Below, piece by piece: positions 37,341-52,300 of a DNA stretch of 64,000 bases. Source of the DNA: Paragordius varius (Eukaryota > Animalia > Nematomorpha); contig OZ176055.1 of NCBI GenBank assembly GCA_964247055.1, positions 7,688,001-7,752,000 of the forward strand, written 5' to 3'. The notes under the pieces are model-generated. The model was not told where the DNA came from. It searched no databases and saw only the letters and a program-made list of their open reading frames with translations. The first letter of the stretch is position 1, and each line of letters opens with the position of its first letter. The position numbers were made by a program, and so were the translations under genes.

Positions 37341-40300
37341 TCAACATTCTGTTCCCAATATGTATTCATGTTTATAATCGTATTTGTAATTGAAATCGAA
37401 ATCATAGTATTGTTCGTAAAAAAAGATCAAATATGTTGCAGCCATTTCTTTCCAATTAGTTATGTCTACGTGGAAAAAGAGAAGACGTCACAATCAAGAT
37501 TAGGTCTAGCCCGGTTATGAATGCAATTCCGACTGTGACCGCTCTTAAAAATAACCTAATATCATGGTATTAACTAAATTTTAAAATACCACAATTTTAT
37601 TAATTGTCATTAATATTTCTACAATATCAAATGTAAGACTTTTTGTTAATCATCGAAACTATAAACTCTTACGCTGCTAATAAACTGCTTATGACTATGA
37701 ATTACTGCATTCTCAAGCATCAGACCGGTTTTTATATTACCACAACTAATACTATACAACTAAAACTCCAACTTTTAAAATTTAGCGAGGTATAATTGAA
37801 ATTGGTTAATATTTCTCGCATAAGCTCCACATCCATTGGTACTTGAACAGCTTTCCGGTCTACGCGATATCGCCAAGGGATAACATGGTAAATGTTGCTA
37901 TAATCTAATGTCACATATATTTATATATATTATTGTCATAAGCTAGTATCATACTTATTTTTAAAATAAATATAGAGTGTTTTTTCATATTTTAGTGTGC
38001 TTTACCATTTTACAAAGCTAAATGAAAACGGGGTGGACATGAACTATAATTTTATTTTTTGCTTATTAGCTACTTACTACGTTTTATTACCGATTTACAT
38101 TATTTTTACTAATAATAATTATAATTTTACTCAAATATATAAATTTTCTTCTGTAAAATATCATATTCATATGTATTTACCTATGATCCAATACATTATG
38201 AATCCAACCAATACAGCGAACGTAATTGCCATCATTATGATAACTCCAATCCGAACGCTATTTATTTCAGCCGTTAACATATGACAATCTAAAAAATGAA
38301 AATTATGTTTCTCATTCTTACAAATAAAATTTACCTCTGATTTTATGAATACTAATATCATTTTCCCGTAACTCCATCCACCGATAATACTGAATATGAG
38401 GGAAATGTAACAAGATTAATTTTTTTAAATCATCAGACACGTCTTTTTGAACGCCATAGATGTGTATATTATAAATATGTGTTGCGTTATCCTGTCTAAA
38501 AATGCCCTATAAAAATGTTGGGAAACTTGATTGGTTCCAAGATTGGGGGTGTTTTAATGTGTGTTTTAAGTTTATTTCTTATCTGAGAATTTAAATCGAT
38601 TTAAACCATGTATTCAATATAACTGCTAGTGTATTGTGATTCAATCATTTCGTATGTATAATAGATAAAAAACGGTCGAATTTCCAATCGATATACACAA
38701 TCAGCATCATCTATAAGTAAATTAAGGCATAATAATTCTTAAAATATTTACAATTTTGACCGTTTTTCCCATTAAATGAAGTAGACCGATTTCCCATGAT
38801 ATTTAATCTGCTTAATGTAGCAAGAAAACGCATATTTTGCAAAATAATATGGAACTTTTTCGCCCCACTTTTTTTCTTTTTGTTATGCATATAATCTGAT
38901 AATACGTTTAGTATAGAACCTAGATTGCTTTTTTATGTGTAAACTATAATTTATTTGATTACTAAAGTGTAAGATACCGATTACTAATATCATTCATTAT
39001 ATTGTATTAACGAAAATTTAATGGAATACGCTTAAAAATAACAGCTAAGTAGCACTTTTATTTGATCCTTTGAGCATTAGAGTCAATTTTATCCTTTAAA
39101 ACTTGGGTGTCCCACACGCTTTGTTCGGTATGCCAAAAGCGCTCTAAAGAATGTTAAAAAATAAAAAATTGGAAAAAATTTAGGATTTTTAAGAAGAAAT
39201 ATCTTTCCGAAATCGGCCTTAAAATATATTAAAAAAGGTATATGAATATTTCAATTTGAGAAGTATTAATGCAAGTTTAAGATATTATAACTCGATCAAA
39301 TGTGTAGGACATGCAATTTTTAAGGATGGAAAAAATTTAGAGCTTTCTTTAATATTATCATAGGTTTTGAATATCCTTATCCAAAAGTTAAGAATAATTT
39401 TATATTTTTATAATAAATTGTTTATTATTGATTCAAACTTAATTCTAATGCGGAATTGACATAGTAGGGTTTTCACGCTCCCCTTTTCTCTTTAATACTT
39501 GATAAGCTATAGCAATAGTAGCTCTTTAAAAAGTAGAAATAAAAATAGCCATTTATCCAACCAACCTCAACACTCTTTCATCCAAACTCAACACACACTT
39601 TTTCATTCAAACGTTTCGTTGATTACCAAATAGAGCTTTATTAAAAAATTATTAAACATTAAAGAACTCAATAAACATATCGCTTAATATTTAATTTTAG
39701 TTTTTTGCATTCAAATAGTTTTATCTAAATTCGCTTTAGTAAATTAATGAAATAGAAATTATATTTTAACGGAAAAATTTTATATTTTTGCAATTTTATT
39801 AATTAATATTAAATAAAAAACATCAAGATTTATAATAGTTGAAAGTTTAAAATGATGTATGAAAAAAAAGTATTTACATATCAACAGATTTTTTTTGGAA
39901 GTCATTTTTGTTATTCTTCATAAGAAATCTGGATTTTTTTGTATTATAAATGCGTCTAAGAATGTTGGAATCGGAACCGAACTGATACTTAAAAATTTTA
40001 AATACACCCGGTTTTCAATATTTATACAGAATTATGTTGGCTTTGATCTATTAGATATAATTTCTAAGAGGAACCATGGGGTTTAGGATATGTAGACCCT
40101 TCTACATGAACTACTCATTTAACGCATAAAATTAAGAAAATCTAATATTATGTAGTTGTATCCAAATATGAACATATTCCATACCTGTACAAACAGTCTT
40201 AGCCGAAAGATCAATTGAACATTGACAACGATAATCAACACATTTGCTGAATTGGGACACAAATTCACAATCTTGATCATTATTACAAGATTCATCATTG

Positions 40301-43300
40301 TAGTATGCTATTGATAAATGTAAAGCATGTGAATTTATGTTTTGTCTCCTTACAGTCAAAATAAATCACAATAATTATGATTGTATTTTCTCGTAATTGA
40401 ATTACAGAAAACTTACTAAATAATTGGCTGTTGCTATATATATAATAATGCCCAGTCACGCGACGTCGAAATAAGCACTGTCACGCATCTCTTCTTAATC
40501 GAAGAAGGAGTCATGGAAATTGGGTTCACATTTTTTTATTTATTTGGTGCAATTAATAATAATAATAATAATAGTTATTATTTCTTTAACTTGATGAACA
40601 TCCTTATATGTAAATTTTGCTAGGTCCAATTTAGATTGAGGGATTCATAACACTCCTTAATATTTAAGTAATAGTATGGTAAACCTATATTTAAAATAGA
40701 TAATTTCGCACAACCTTTATTTTATAATAAAATCTCTATGTTATATGTCCTCGCACATAGAACCAAAATACAATATTAATTATTTGATATATTGGCCGGT
40801 TAAAGCTTTATATACATACATTATTGTATAAATTTTTCATTTCATATTATTTTAAGCCCAAAATTATATTTTTAAATACATTGATGTTTTGTCGTTTTTA
40901 GTCCAGCTTTCAGCGCAACATAACATTATAAGAAAATATTAATAAATGAAATTCCTTTTGTTAGTTTGATATCAGGAGTTTTCCATAAAATTTTGTTGTA
41001 TTTAACATTTGTTGTTCTCTTTATCATTATTATTAGAAACTTAATAGAAACATGTATTGGATATTTAAGTATTTGGGTTTCTAATACTTTTGATAAATAT
41101 TGTGTTAGCGAATTTCACACAATTTTCGAAACAATGGTATGCCAACTTTCCGCATTTGACTGCAAAATGATTAAAAAATCATTTAACTGGATAATCAAGA
41201 TATCCTATGACTATGAGGAATGTGATTTACCCAGCAATATTGAGCCTGTATCTATTGTTGATTTTCTCAAAATACTTTTTAAACATTCATGGGTGAATGA
41301 ATACAACTTTGGCATAATTTTTTAACATTTGGATTGCTAGTGGTGATAGATATTTTAAGTATATAAGGTGAAGACTGTATGATTATTGATTTGTAGGCGT
41401 GAATACGTAGTCAAAGAGAAGACGCGAAAGGTACTCAGCCGATTAATTAAGCATATTTGACCCAATGATCATGCGAATTTTGTGCCTTAAAGAAATTTCA
41501 TGGTACCCGCTTTTCTTAATCATCAAAAGAAAAAGGCGAAGCCATCGTTTGCTAGTGGAAACATTACATAAACGTGCATCGATTAATGCAAAAAAAATTT
41601 TGGAAATTTAAAAATGATTTTATTGTAAAGAGATTTGCAGAATCATGACATATATCACAAAAACATCAACAGGCAATGATCAATAATCTCAATGAGTCAC
41701 ATGCATAATAAACACGATAAAGTGTCTCTTTTTTAGATTCAAATCGGTAAATATTGTGGTTTTCACCTATCCTAGCCGAGTCCATTAACCAAAAACACCC
41801 ATATCATTTCGGCAAGACTATGCTCTGTGTCTCTTATGGAACCTGATCAATATCAATATTACTAACTTTAAAAGCCCCTTTAAATTGTTATTGCACATCG
41901 CCGTCGCCGTTATTTTTATTTAAAACATGGCCTTAATAAAAATGGCAGCAATGGGCTTAACGGCATCTCTAATAAATTTCGCTACAGGACAATGCTCGTC
42001 ACACAGCAAAACTAGTGCGTTTTGAAATCACTTAAACATTTAATTCATTAGCATCCACCGTACTCCTGGCCCAAAGCCAACTAGTACCATTCAGCACCAA
42101 TAAATCGCTCGAAGAACATTACTATAATAATATCGAAAACGTTGGAAAATGATGATGCATGGTTTGCCCCAAAAAATAATCAGCTTCTAAGGCATGGCAT
42201 TTATATATATGAGAGATAGGCGCATAATGTAGAATCCTCCAGAAAGTATTTTGAATAAAACTAATATTTGAATCCCCTTCAATGCATGTTTTATGATTCC
42301 TTATCTATATAGAAATGGAAAGTGGTGGCTTTGTGATCTGTTTCCGGAAAACCGGTAGACCCATTCAAATCCAAATATCGAAAAAATATAATCATTAACG
42401 AATGTCCCGACAATAGCTTCGCCCTTTTTAATTAGGCCTCCAGTTCGGGCCCACCCCGTGTAAAAAACGGTTTTTTTGAAAACAGAAATTTACAAAATCG
42501 TGTCTTTGAGACAATTTTCCGAAAAACGTGTTGGACGATTCGCTTTTAAATATGATTTTTTTTACTTATTTTCGAGTGTCCGAACATAGTGGGCTCGCTT
42601 TTTTGATTTAGGCCCTCTTTTTAGCCGTTCCTCCCATAAAAAGCCATTTCGAATTGCCCACAAAAATAATTTTTTGAATCTATTTTCCCCAATGGTATGA
42701 GACAATAAAAATTCATTAGCATTCCAGGTATTACCTTTTAAAAGGCAAAAATTTTAATCATGCGTTTCCTTTATATTGGCTGCTGAGTAAGGAGATACCC
42801 GCTAAAAACTGCCCCGTCATATCGAAATAGCGTGCCTTTGGGGCTAAATTTCAGAAAATTTATCATGCCATATGAGTTCAATAGCTGCTTAAAATATTAC
42901 CCGTATCAAAGCAAAAATTTAGGTCATGCGATTTTTATAGCCGTTAATTAGGCCCTTCACGCCCTAACTGCGCCACCATAGAATAATTTTTTCGTTTTGA
43001 GGCAATTTTACCGAAAACATATGGATCAATCATGATCAGGTATCTCCGTCAATAGTCAAAAATTTTATTCAAGCGCTCTTTTCCTCTGGTTAGTGAGCTA
43101 CTCACCTAAAACTGCATCACCATATTTAAATTGCGTTGTTTAGGAGTTAATTTTCAGAAAACTTATCTGGCCATATAAGTTTAATAAGGGCCTGAAATAT
43201 TACCCGTAAAAAGGCAAAAATAGTCGAGCGGTTCTTTTTAATTACCCTTTAATTAGGCCCTTGCCTTAAATGCGCCACCATAGAATGACCTTTTGGTTTT

Positions 43301-46300
43301 GAGGCAATTTTTCCAAAAACTATTAAGAATATATGGAATGAATGATGATTTCAGGTATTCCCATATAAAGGCAAAAAATATTATCGAACGTCTTTTTTAT
43401 ATTGGCCTTTGGGTAGGAGGCTACCCGCGTAAAAATGCGTCACTATGATACAACATGCCTTTGGAGCCAAATAGAAAACCTATGAGACAATGTAAGTTAA
43501 GAGCTTAAAATATTTATTACCCCTTAAGATACAAATATTTTAGACAGGGGTTATTTCAATGAGTCGCTAAGAAAAGTTTTAAGCCCTGAAAAATGCGCCG
43601 CCATAGAACAATTTTTAGTCTGAAAGCAACGTTTCCAAGAAGTTATGGGAACATACGGAATCCATAATAAATTCAAGATCCCCACATAAGGACAAAATTT
43701 TGCCCTACGCTTTTACCTTTTAAGTAAGGAGCTACCCACACAAAATTGCGTCACTATATAAAAATTGCGTTGTTTTGGAAATTTACAGAAAATTTACAAG
43801 GCCATATGAGCTTAATTAAAGTTCCAAATATTACCCGTAACTAGGTAAAAATTATGGTCAGGCGTTTTTGCGTTAATTTGGGGCTTTTAAGCTAAAAAAA
43901 TACGCCATCATATAACGATTATTTAGTTTTGAGGTATTTTTTTGAATAACCCATGAGACGATGGTATTAAAGATGATTCCAAACCCTATAAGGGCAAAAA
44001 TTAACTTAGCGCTTTTTCCATATAGGTCTATGGGTAGGTGTTTACCGGCTTAAAACTGAAAAACCATATAAAATTGGAGTGGTTTTGGAGCTAATTTTCA
44101 AAAAACCTAAGAAGTCATACGATGTCAATAAAGGCTTTACAATATACCCATAAAAAGGTAAAAATTATAGTATATTTTTTCCGTTAGCCGTCAATTTGGG
44201 GCCTTCACACCAGTAAACAATATATACCATTTACAGTTCAAATTCACCCTAAAAATAAATTATGTGTTTTAGGGTCAATATAACTTATTATTAATTTGGA
44301 CTATATCTTTATTGCATAGTTTATTATTTTTTCAGTATTATTTTAATTTAAAACAAATTTTTTTAAAAAAATATATAAAAATATAGGTAATTTTTAATCT
44401 TAAAAAACATATTATTTATTTGAGGGTGAATTTGAATTGTTTAAGGGGGAATTTGAATTATAAATGGTATAACTGTTATGAAGCACCGTTTTGAAAGCTT
44501 ATAAGATCATAGCTATTAAATAATGTTTCAAAATAATCCACATATATAAATCATTCCTTCCCACAAAGTCCGGACTTCCTCGGGCTGCGTAGCAGTACGA
44601 GATTTACGCTAATATATATATATATATATATACATGTATACATGTATGCGTGAAACACATTTGTGCTTTCGAGAGCATAGCAAGACTGATTTTCCCGACG
44701 CTTAAATATCACTGTCGCAAAAATGATTTTCTTTGATTTTCTATTAATCCATCGGATTACAGATCATATTGATTTATCCCTGATATTTCCTGAATCCAGT
44801 TTGTTCGCAAAATTTTCAGTGTTGATTGTCCCTTTACGATTCGAAAGAGAGAACTTTCAAAACATGATTGTTTAGGATATTGTTCGATAATCAGAGTATC
44901 GATCGCTTATTTCATATACGCAATTTTGGAGTAAAAATTGTAATAGACTGTGCGGCAAAAATGCGGATCAAAAAATAAATATCATTTGATAGCTAAAGCT
45001 TCAGGATAATGAATATTAAAATGATATATGAGGTTAAAATACTACAAACAAGTTATTTTGAGTTTTCTGTTTAGCCAAAATAAATTTTTTTCCATATTTG
45101 GTCACATCTCAATTTTATATGTTCTAATATACCATTGGATAATTTTAAACGCAAAATATTACAAAAAAGATTTTACATTTTTTTGGAGGTTTCCAGAAAG
45201 ATTATCATAAATAATAGTAAAAAACTCACTTTATCGTTTTGAATCATAAAAACTTGGTGAAGGCAGTAAAATCTTTGATTTTATCAAAACATTCATATAA
45301 AACCTCTATATATAGACTTTACACAATATATGTAAATTTTTATAATTCATTGAATATATATATATATTATTAATGTCTCATCACAATTCGATACAGAAAA
45401 AAGATCTTATCATCTCAGGTTTTTGATTTAGGGATATTTTTACTTAAATATTTTGTGGCGCCATTTTAGCTTCTAATACAGGCTTTAGGGCATACCTTAA
45501 AAAACCTGTGTGGATAGATCGTTTTTTCTGCATCCAATTGTGGAAAAGAATTTATAATGTATATATTGAATGTATTTTAAATGTAGCTTCCGCTTTGGTG
45601 CAAATTATTGAAAAATTTGTTTAATAAGATTATATGATTTTAAAAAATTAAAATCATTTACACCACCTTAATAAGTGTTATGTTTCAAATTTGACGCCAA
45701 AGTCCGATTTTTAAGCTTACATTCTCGTAAATCTTTCTGGAGCCCTACGAAAAATGTTAAATCTTTGTTGATAATATTTTGCGTTTAGAATTACCCTTAT
45801 GCTATATGAAAACAAATAAAATTTAGTTGACTTTTCAATTATCGTATTTAATTTTATTTGATCTAATATGCGAAAAAAATGCGATTTTTTGATTTATATA
45901 ATAGCATAGATTAATCTTTTCCAGTATTTTAATCGCATATATTATTTGATTCATTCATGAAGTTTTTAGCTACCAGATATATAATTCATTAACATTTATT
46001 TCTTGCTAAGCATCGTAAGCGTAGTATGGTTTAATAGGGATATCATTCATCTAATAGATTAATAGGTCCACTAAAATATAACCGGTTGGACTTCTTGTGT
46101 TATAAATGGCTAATAAATGTATCGATTTTTGCTTTTAAATCCCTGGAACTGTAAAACTTGCGAGCCACTCTTCCCTGATTTGCACATCTTTTTTCTATGG
46201 GATTTTCCCTCTTTTGTTATTCTAGGACCTTTGTACATTATCTCAGGGTCGGATGTGGTTTTAATGAGTAAGAATATTATTGTTTTTAGCTTCGTTTTAG

Positions 46301-49300
46301 CATTAATGAATATATGTCAATTTATTAACTACAATTTTATTTTCCAACTGAAGACTTGTGTTGTACTTATGCCAGCTTGCAAAATTAAAATAAACCAAAG
46401 AGTAAAATATTTAATTTAATGTGCATTTTGTTTCACCCATATATATATATACAATTATCATAAAAAGGCTTAAAAGCATAAAGTTTTATTATTTATTTGT
46501 AGGTGTAATGTATTGCAATAGATTCACCGTCAATTAATATTTGAATGTATTTATCTTCTTCAATTTATTGTCAGTTTTATTATCCGGAAGAAATTCTATC
46601 ACTCAGAATTATAATTACACATAAATTATTTCTACAGAACATACAACTCCAAAATTTTCATCGACAATTTTATTCCCTAAAAACCATTCTTAAACATCAG
46701 TGGACATATCATACTGATTCTTTGATTCTTATATCTCAATACACCACCACTAAACTAAATTCCTACATGGAAAGCAATAATTCTAAAATAAGCTCCCGTA
46801 ATTTAGAAATAAATATGGCCACCTGGAACACTCGTGGCACTTCAGATAACAAATTGAATATAATAATTCGCGAGATGAAACGTTTAAACATCCATGTGTT
46901 AGGGCTGTCGGAGACTCATATGCAACAACACAAAATATACGACAATTACTCGTTTTATAACTCGGGCGGTGAACTCAAACCAAATAAATGCGGTTTCTTA
47001 ATATCGAATAATCTTGCCAAACATACTGATATATATAGACCTATTTCCGATCGAATTATAGCCCTACGAATTAACACCAGACCCCAGGCTATAACAATAT
47101 ATCAAATCTATGCCCCCACGAGTGTCTCACCCGAAGACGAATGCGAAAAGTTCTATAATGAGTTACAAATGGCTCTCTGTGAAACATCCATGAAAGACAT
47201 AACTTTCATCATCGGCGATTTTAACGCTATCATAGCTAACGATAAAACAGACAAGGTCACTGGTGGAAAAGGCCTTGGTAAAGTCAAAAACCCCCATGGT
47301 GAAAGGCTAATTAATTTTTGCCAACAATCATTCTCTTTATAGCGAACTCGTTTTCAAACAACCTAACAGACGGCTCTACACCTGGACCTGACCGTGTCGT
47401 AAACACAGGAATCAAATATATTACATATTGGGAATGCAATAATACAAGCTCATTTCAAAACATCCGGTGCTACTCGAGTGCATGCAACTCAGATCATAAC
47501 CTATTAATGCCAAAATCAAAATAAAGCTACAACTTCCCCAGCCGCAAAAAAACTTTTCCAAAACTAAATTGAACTACAAACTTATACCTGCCGATTTTAC
47601 GCCAATCCTTAACAAAAATTTGAATCCCTAAAATACGAAACATAGAACACAGATGATCTTTGGTCTACTATTTACAAAATTACCACCGAAACAGCTAAAG
47701 AATATATACCGCCTGCCACAACAAAAAACAAAAATTTTACCATATCACAACAAAGCATCGACCTAATTGTATAGAGAAGAGTAGCAAAATCCAAGGGCAC
47801 TCCCCTTGAGTACAAAAATATTAATAATGAACTACAAAAAAGCATAAGATCCGACAAAAAATCTCATTATAATACAATCTGCGCTAACCTAGAGCAAGCT
47901 GCTAAACTTAATCACAACTACTTCTCTTATATTAAAGGCATTCAACCGCGCAAAAAACAAATGTACAAAGGTCCTATGTCTCATTCAAACGGAAAACTTC
48001 TAACCGATAAAAAAGGAGTAATTAAACTCTGGGAAGAATACATCCAAAATTTATTCTCAAAAATCAAATACAATCGCCATGAACTCTAAACAAACTTATG
48101 ACCCACCTATACTAAAAGAAGAAATTGAATAGGCCCTGAAGCATTCATCAACCGGCAAAGCAGAAGGATTCAATGATATCCCTACCGAGTTACAACGGCA
48201 CATTCCCTTAAAATTAATTCCTTCGTTATTTCAAAAAATCTTCAATGAGGCAACATTCCCGACGGACTGGAACAAATCACTAGTGGTCCCTATATTCAAA
48301 AAGGGCGATCCTAAACTATGTAAAAACTACCGTACAATAGCATTGATTTAGAGAAAAAAAAGGATGCCGAGACATGATTTCAAACCTTAGATGGATAATG
48401 GAAAAAAACTGTGAATTCCAAAATGAGCTACACCTATGTTTCGTGGATTTCTCTAAAGCCTTTGATACCGTTTAACATGACATTCTCTGGAAGGCCCTTA
48501 AATAAATAGGATCCGATCACTTAATCAAACTAATTAAATCCATATACTCCAACTCCTACCTATCACTTAACACCCCGCATGGCTCGACCTCTTGGAGCCC
48601 AATTAACATAGGTCTGCGTCAAGGCTGCATTTTATCCCCCATGTTGTTCAACATATATTTGGAATGTATCATAAGGGATCTAAATCTGCCAGGAATAAAA
48701 GTAGGGGATCACACTCTGACGACTCTCCACTAGGCAGACGACACGGTTATCTTAGCAAATTCACAAACAAACCTCGAAAACAGTCTCCGAACTTTTATAA
48801 ATGTGTGCAAAAAAATACAATCTTACATTAAACCTCAACAAAACTAAAATATTGCATATCAACTCCTCTCATTTCTATGACTCGCTTCGGATTAATAACG
48901 GAACAATTCAAGTAGTCAACGAATACACATACCTTGGAAGCATTATCAACAACTCAAGCTCCAGTTCCCAAGAAATAAGAAGACGCATAGCTATCGCCAA
49001 ATGCGCTCTATCCTCACACTGCAAGTTATGGAAATCTCATGACATAACCCTTAAAACAAAAATCCGACTAGTAAATGCATTAATTTTTCTTATCATGTTA
49101 TACGGATGTGAAAGCTGGACTATCAAAAGTGGAGACGAAAAATGAATAAACGCTTTAATGTTTTGCTGGAGAAAAATACTTGGTATAACATGGAAGGACC
49201 AAATAAAGGACATCGACATTGTAAATAAAATTAAGGCACAAACAACGCTTCGGGGTAAAATAATAAAACAAAAATTCGTTACTTCGGACACATTATTCGG

Positions 49301-52300
49301 GGCAATTCTTTGGAAATATTATGTTAGGAAAAGTAAATGGTAAGAGAGGAAGAGGATGCAGACGTATTCGCTGGGTAGACGAAATCTTATTTCCAAATTG
49401 TCATTGCAAAAACTATCTCAAAAAGCTCACGACAGAACCGAATGGAGGAAGTTTTCCTACAAAATCGCTAATGGTCGATAACCGACTACAAGCTCAACAA
49501 AAACAACAACAACAACAGGGACCAGTTTCCATTTAATCGATTATTTGGTTTTGTTACCGATTTTTTCTCATCTTCTCTATGACGTTTATTAAATCCTTAA
49601 GTGGGAAAACTTTGCGAAAAGAGATTAATATAGGTAAAATGTAACATATAATCAGATAATATATATTAGGTGTTGTTATTTCGTGTAACATAAATATTTT
49701 AGGCAGGTATTTATTGCTTAATTAATCATGATTATTTTTATAGGCCTTTGCTTTAATTAAACATTAAATTTTAAGGAATATTATTTTAGGTGTTTTGTAC
49801 TGAAAATTTATCAATGTTTTAAAATATTAAAAATTGAATATTGAATAATCTATAAAGGTTTTTTCTATTATGTCAAAATTTAACACATTATTGACTGCCA
49901 AATTATCTTTAAAAGTATTAAAATTTTCGATAATCCATGAAATATGGCGCCAATGCTACAATCCAAATTAGATTGGAACTTTATCGAATGAATTTTAAAA
50001 ATGTTTTTTTTTAATTTTTGTATGCTTTACCACAGAGCTTAAACTTGTAAATAAACCACTATATAAAAGTTGTTTGGATAAAAAATTAATTATATAACAT
50101 TGTTTTCTGCATTTAAAAATTACATATTTTTAGTATATAAATAAATCCAAAATTGAAAGCTTAAAACCCGATTTTAAACAGCTGACAAAATCATAACAAA
50201 TTATTTTTTGCAATGCTTCTGATAATTTTCTAGAACTGATAGCCATAATATATTTTTTTGCGTGCTGTATTAGCGATTAAAAAAATAAAATAAATGTGGC
50301 GAAAAAATTTGATACGAGGATGTTTAAACATTTGACGTGACTCAAATTTTTTTGAATATAGGTGCCTAAACGGATGAAGGATGCAAATTTTAGAACCTGG
50401 CCCAATATTCTGTTATAGTTTCTGGAATTTTTAAATTTAACTCATTTTGGGTATTAACAAAAGGTGATGTAGCCTTTAATGTGATCACCCAGCATATGTT
50501 AAATTTTATAATTGCTTAACAGCTTCTTTGCGTCTATATTATATAACTTTTGCACAATTCAAAAATATGCAAATATGTTTAGTTTTCGAAGTATAATTTA
50601 TAATAAATTTTTTTTATCAATATTAGCCTGTGCTGATATTGTCTAAATCGTGTCTACGAAAATTTTGTAAATATTTTATCAATACTTTATCTTGTGTTTT
50701 AAACTGATGTTAGAATATTAAAAGCGCCAGATTTTAACACTGTATGTGTGTAGAGTTCTAGAATTTTAAAACTTCGCATTTTCCCATCATCACTGTCATT
50801 TAGCCGTGGTCCGAGAGTCTCACACAAGTCCTGTTTAATTTGGGTCTTTACAAAAAGAAAAAGATGTATATTATATTTGTAAACTTTAATATCAATTTTC
50901 ACAAATATCACAAGGCTGAATGTGATTTATATAGGCTTAAGAGCGCAAGGAATTTTTAGATGTGTAATTAAAATGATTTTAAAATTATAAATATAATACC
51001 TAATTTACAGTTTAAAGATGTTTTGTAGGGACATGCACAAAACCCATTTTCACAAAGGTAGGCGCATGAATTTGAATCTTTGCATCGTTTTCCTGGCTGC
51101 TTCATATCTAAAGCTTAAAATTTTATTTTCGTTAGTATGCCAAATTGTGTAAAATTTGGAGTTTAGGCTTTTTTACAAAGTATTAACTTTGTCCAAAAAA
51201 TGAAAAGTAGTTTGAATAATAATTTAAGAAAGATAAACGTTAGCATCTTAATAAAAATATTTTATTTAATTAACGAGCGCATAAGCTTCGAGAAAGTGTA
51301 ATATATATTTTAATTAATTACGATTCATGCCTCTAAACCAGTTCACTAATGATTTAATAATATAATATATATATATATATATATATATTCTGATAGATAT
51401 TTTAATGGTGGCTGTGGTTTTAGACCTTGCGGGTTATATAAGAAAGTTACTTGTGAAATTTGCTGCATTTCAAAAAAATACTCAATCGCAAAATCAGAAA
51501 CAATTTTTTGATGAAAGCTTAATACTTAATTCCTGAAAATATCAATTATACAAAATTTATATTTTACAAATATGCCCTAAAATCCAATTTTTGGACTCGC
51601 TTAAAACGGGCCAGTTTTTAAACTAAAAGCAAACTTGCCAATATTGCGCGTTAAAAATTTTAATCTAACAAATTTTTACATCAAAAAAAGTTATCTTGAT
51701 TTAATGTCCTTAAAAATTTAATTTATAACAAAATTCTGTTGATAGGCGATTTATAATATTTAAAAATATGGTTAAGTTATTAACTTTTTGGATAAAATTT
51801 AATGTTAACGAAATATCTATAACCTCATAATTTAAATTAGAATATGAGTTTATCTATAAATTAAGTTATAAGTTGTGTTTTAAAAAATCATATGATTAGG
51901 TGTTGAATTTAACTTCAAAGAGTTTTTTTATCATAAAGTATTTTTATACCGTATCTATCCTTTAAATTTAATATAATTTCACTTTATCAATTTTTCATAA
52001 ATATATTATGAAAAAAAATTTCGGAAAACACCTTTTTTTGATTTTACCCTATATTAAAATTTTCATTGAACAAAATTTTCGTCTTTATTTAAGAAAACTG
52101 ACCCAATTTAACGGGTAAGAAAATTAGGGACTTTTGGCTCCCACAAGGTATTTAAAATAGATAAATATACTGTTTTGATATTGCATTAAATATTTTATAA
52201 AATTTATAGATAAATTATTTTTTCATAGAGTTTTTATTACTCTGATATATCACAAATGGACATTTGTTGTATATTTTCAGGGAAGACCATTTTTATAAAA

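Noticed and set aside
40966-41325. 119-aa plus-strand ORF with a hydrophobic start
   Set aside because: TTG start, no recognisable motif, composition typical of chance ORFs in AT-rich DNA.
34037-44612. Regularly spaced motifs that could suggest a CRISPR-like array
   Set aside because: Whole ~300-bp units are homologous to one another, with no unique spacers, in a eukaryotic context with Helitron termini.
51405-51510. Plus-strand Cys-containing peptide GGCGFRPCGLYKKVTCEICC
   Set aside because: Wrong strand for the surrounding gene, no start or phase-compatible partner exon.
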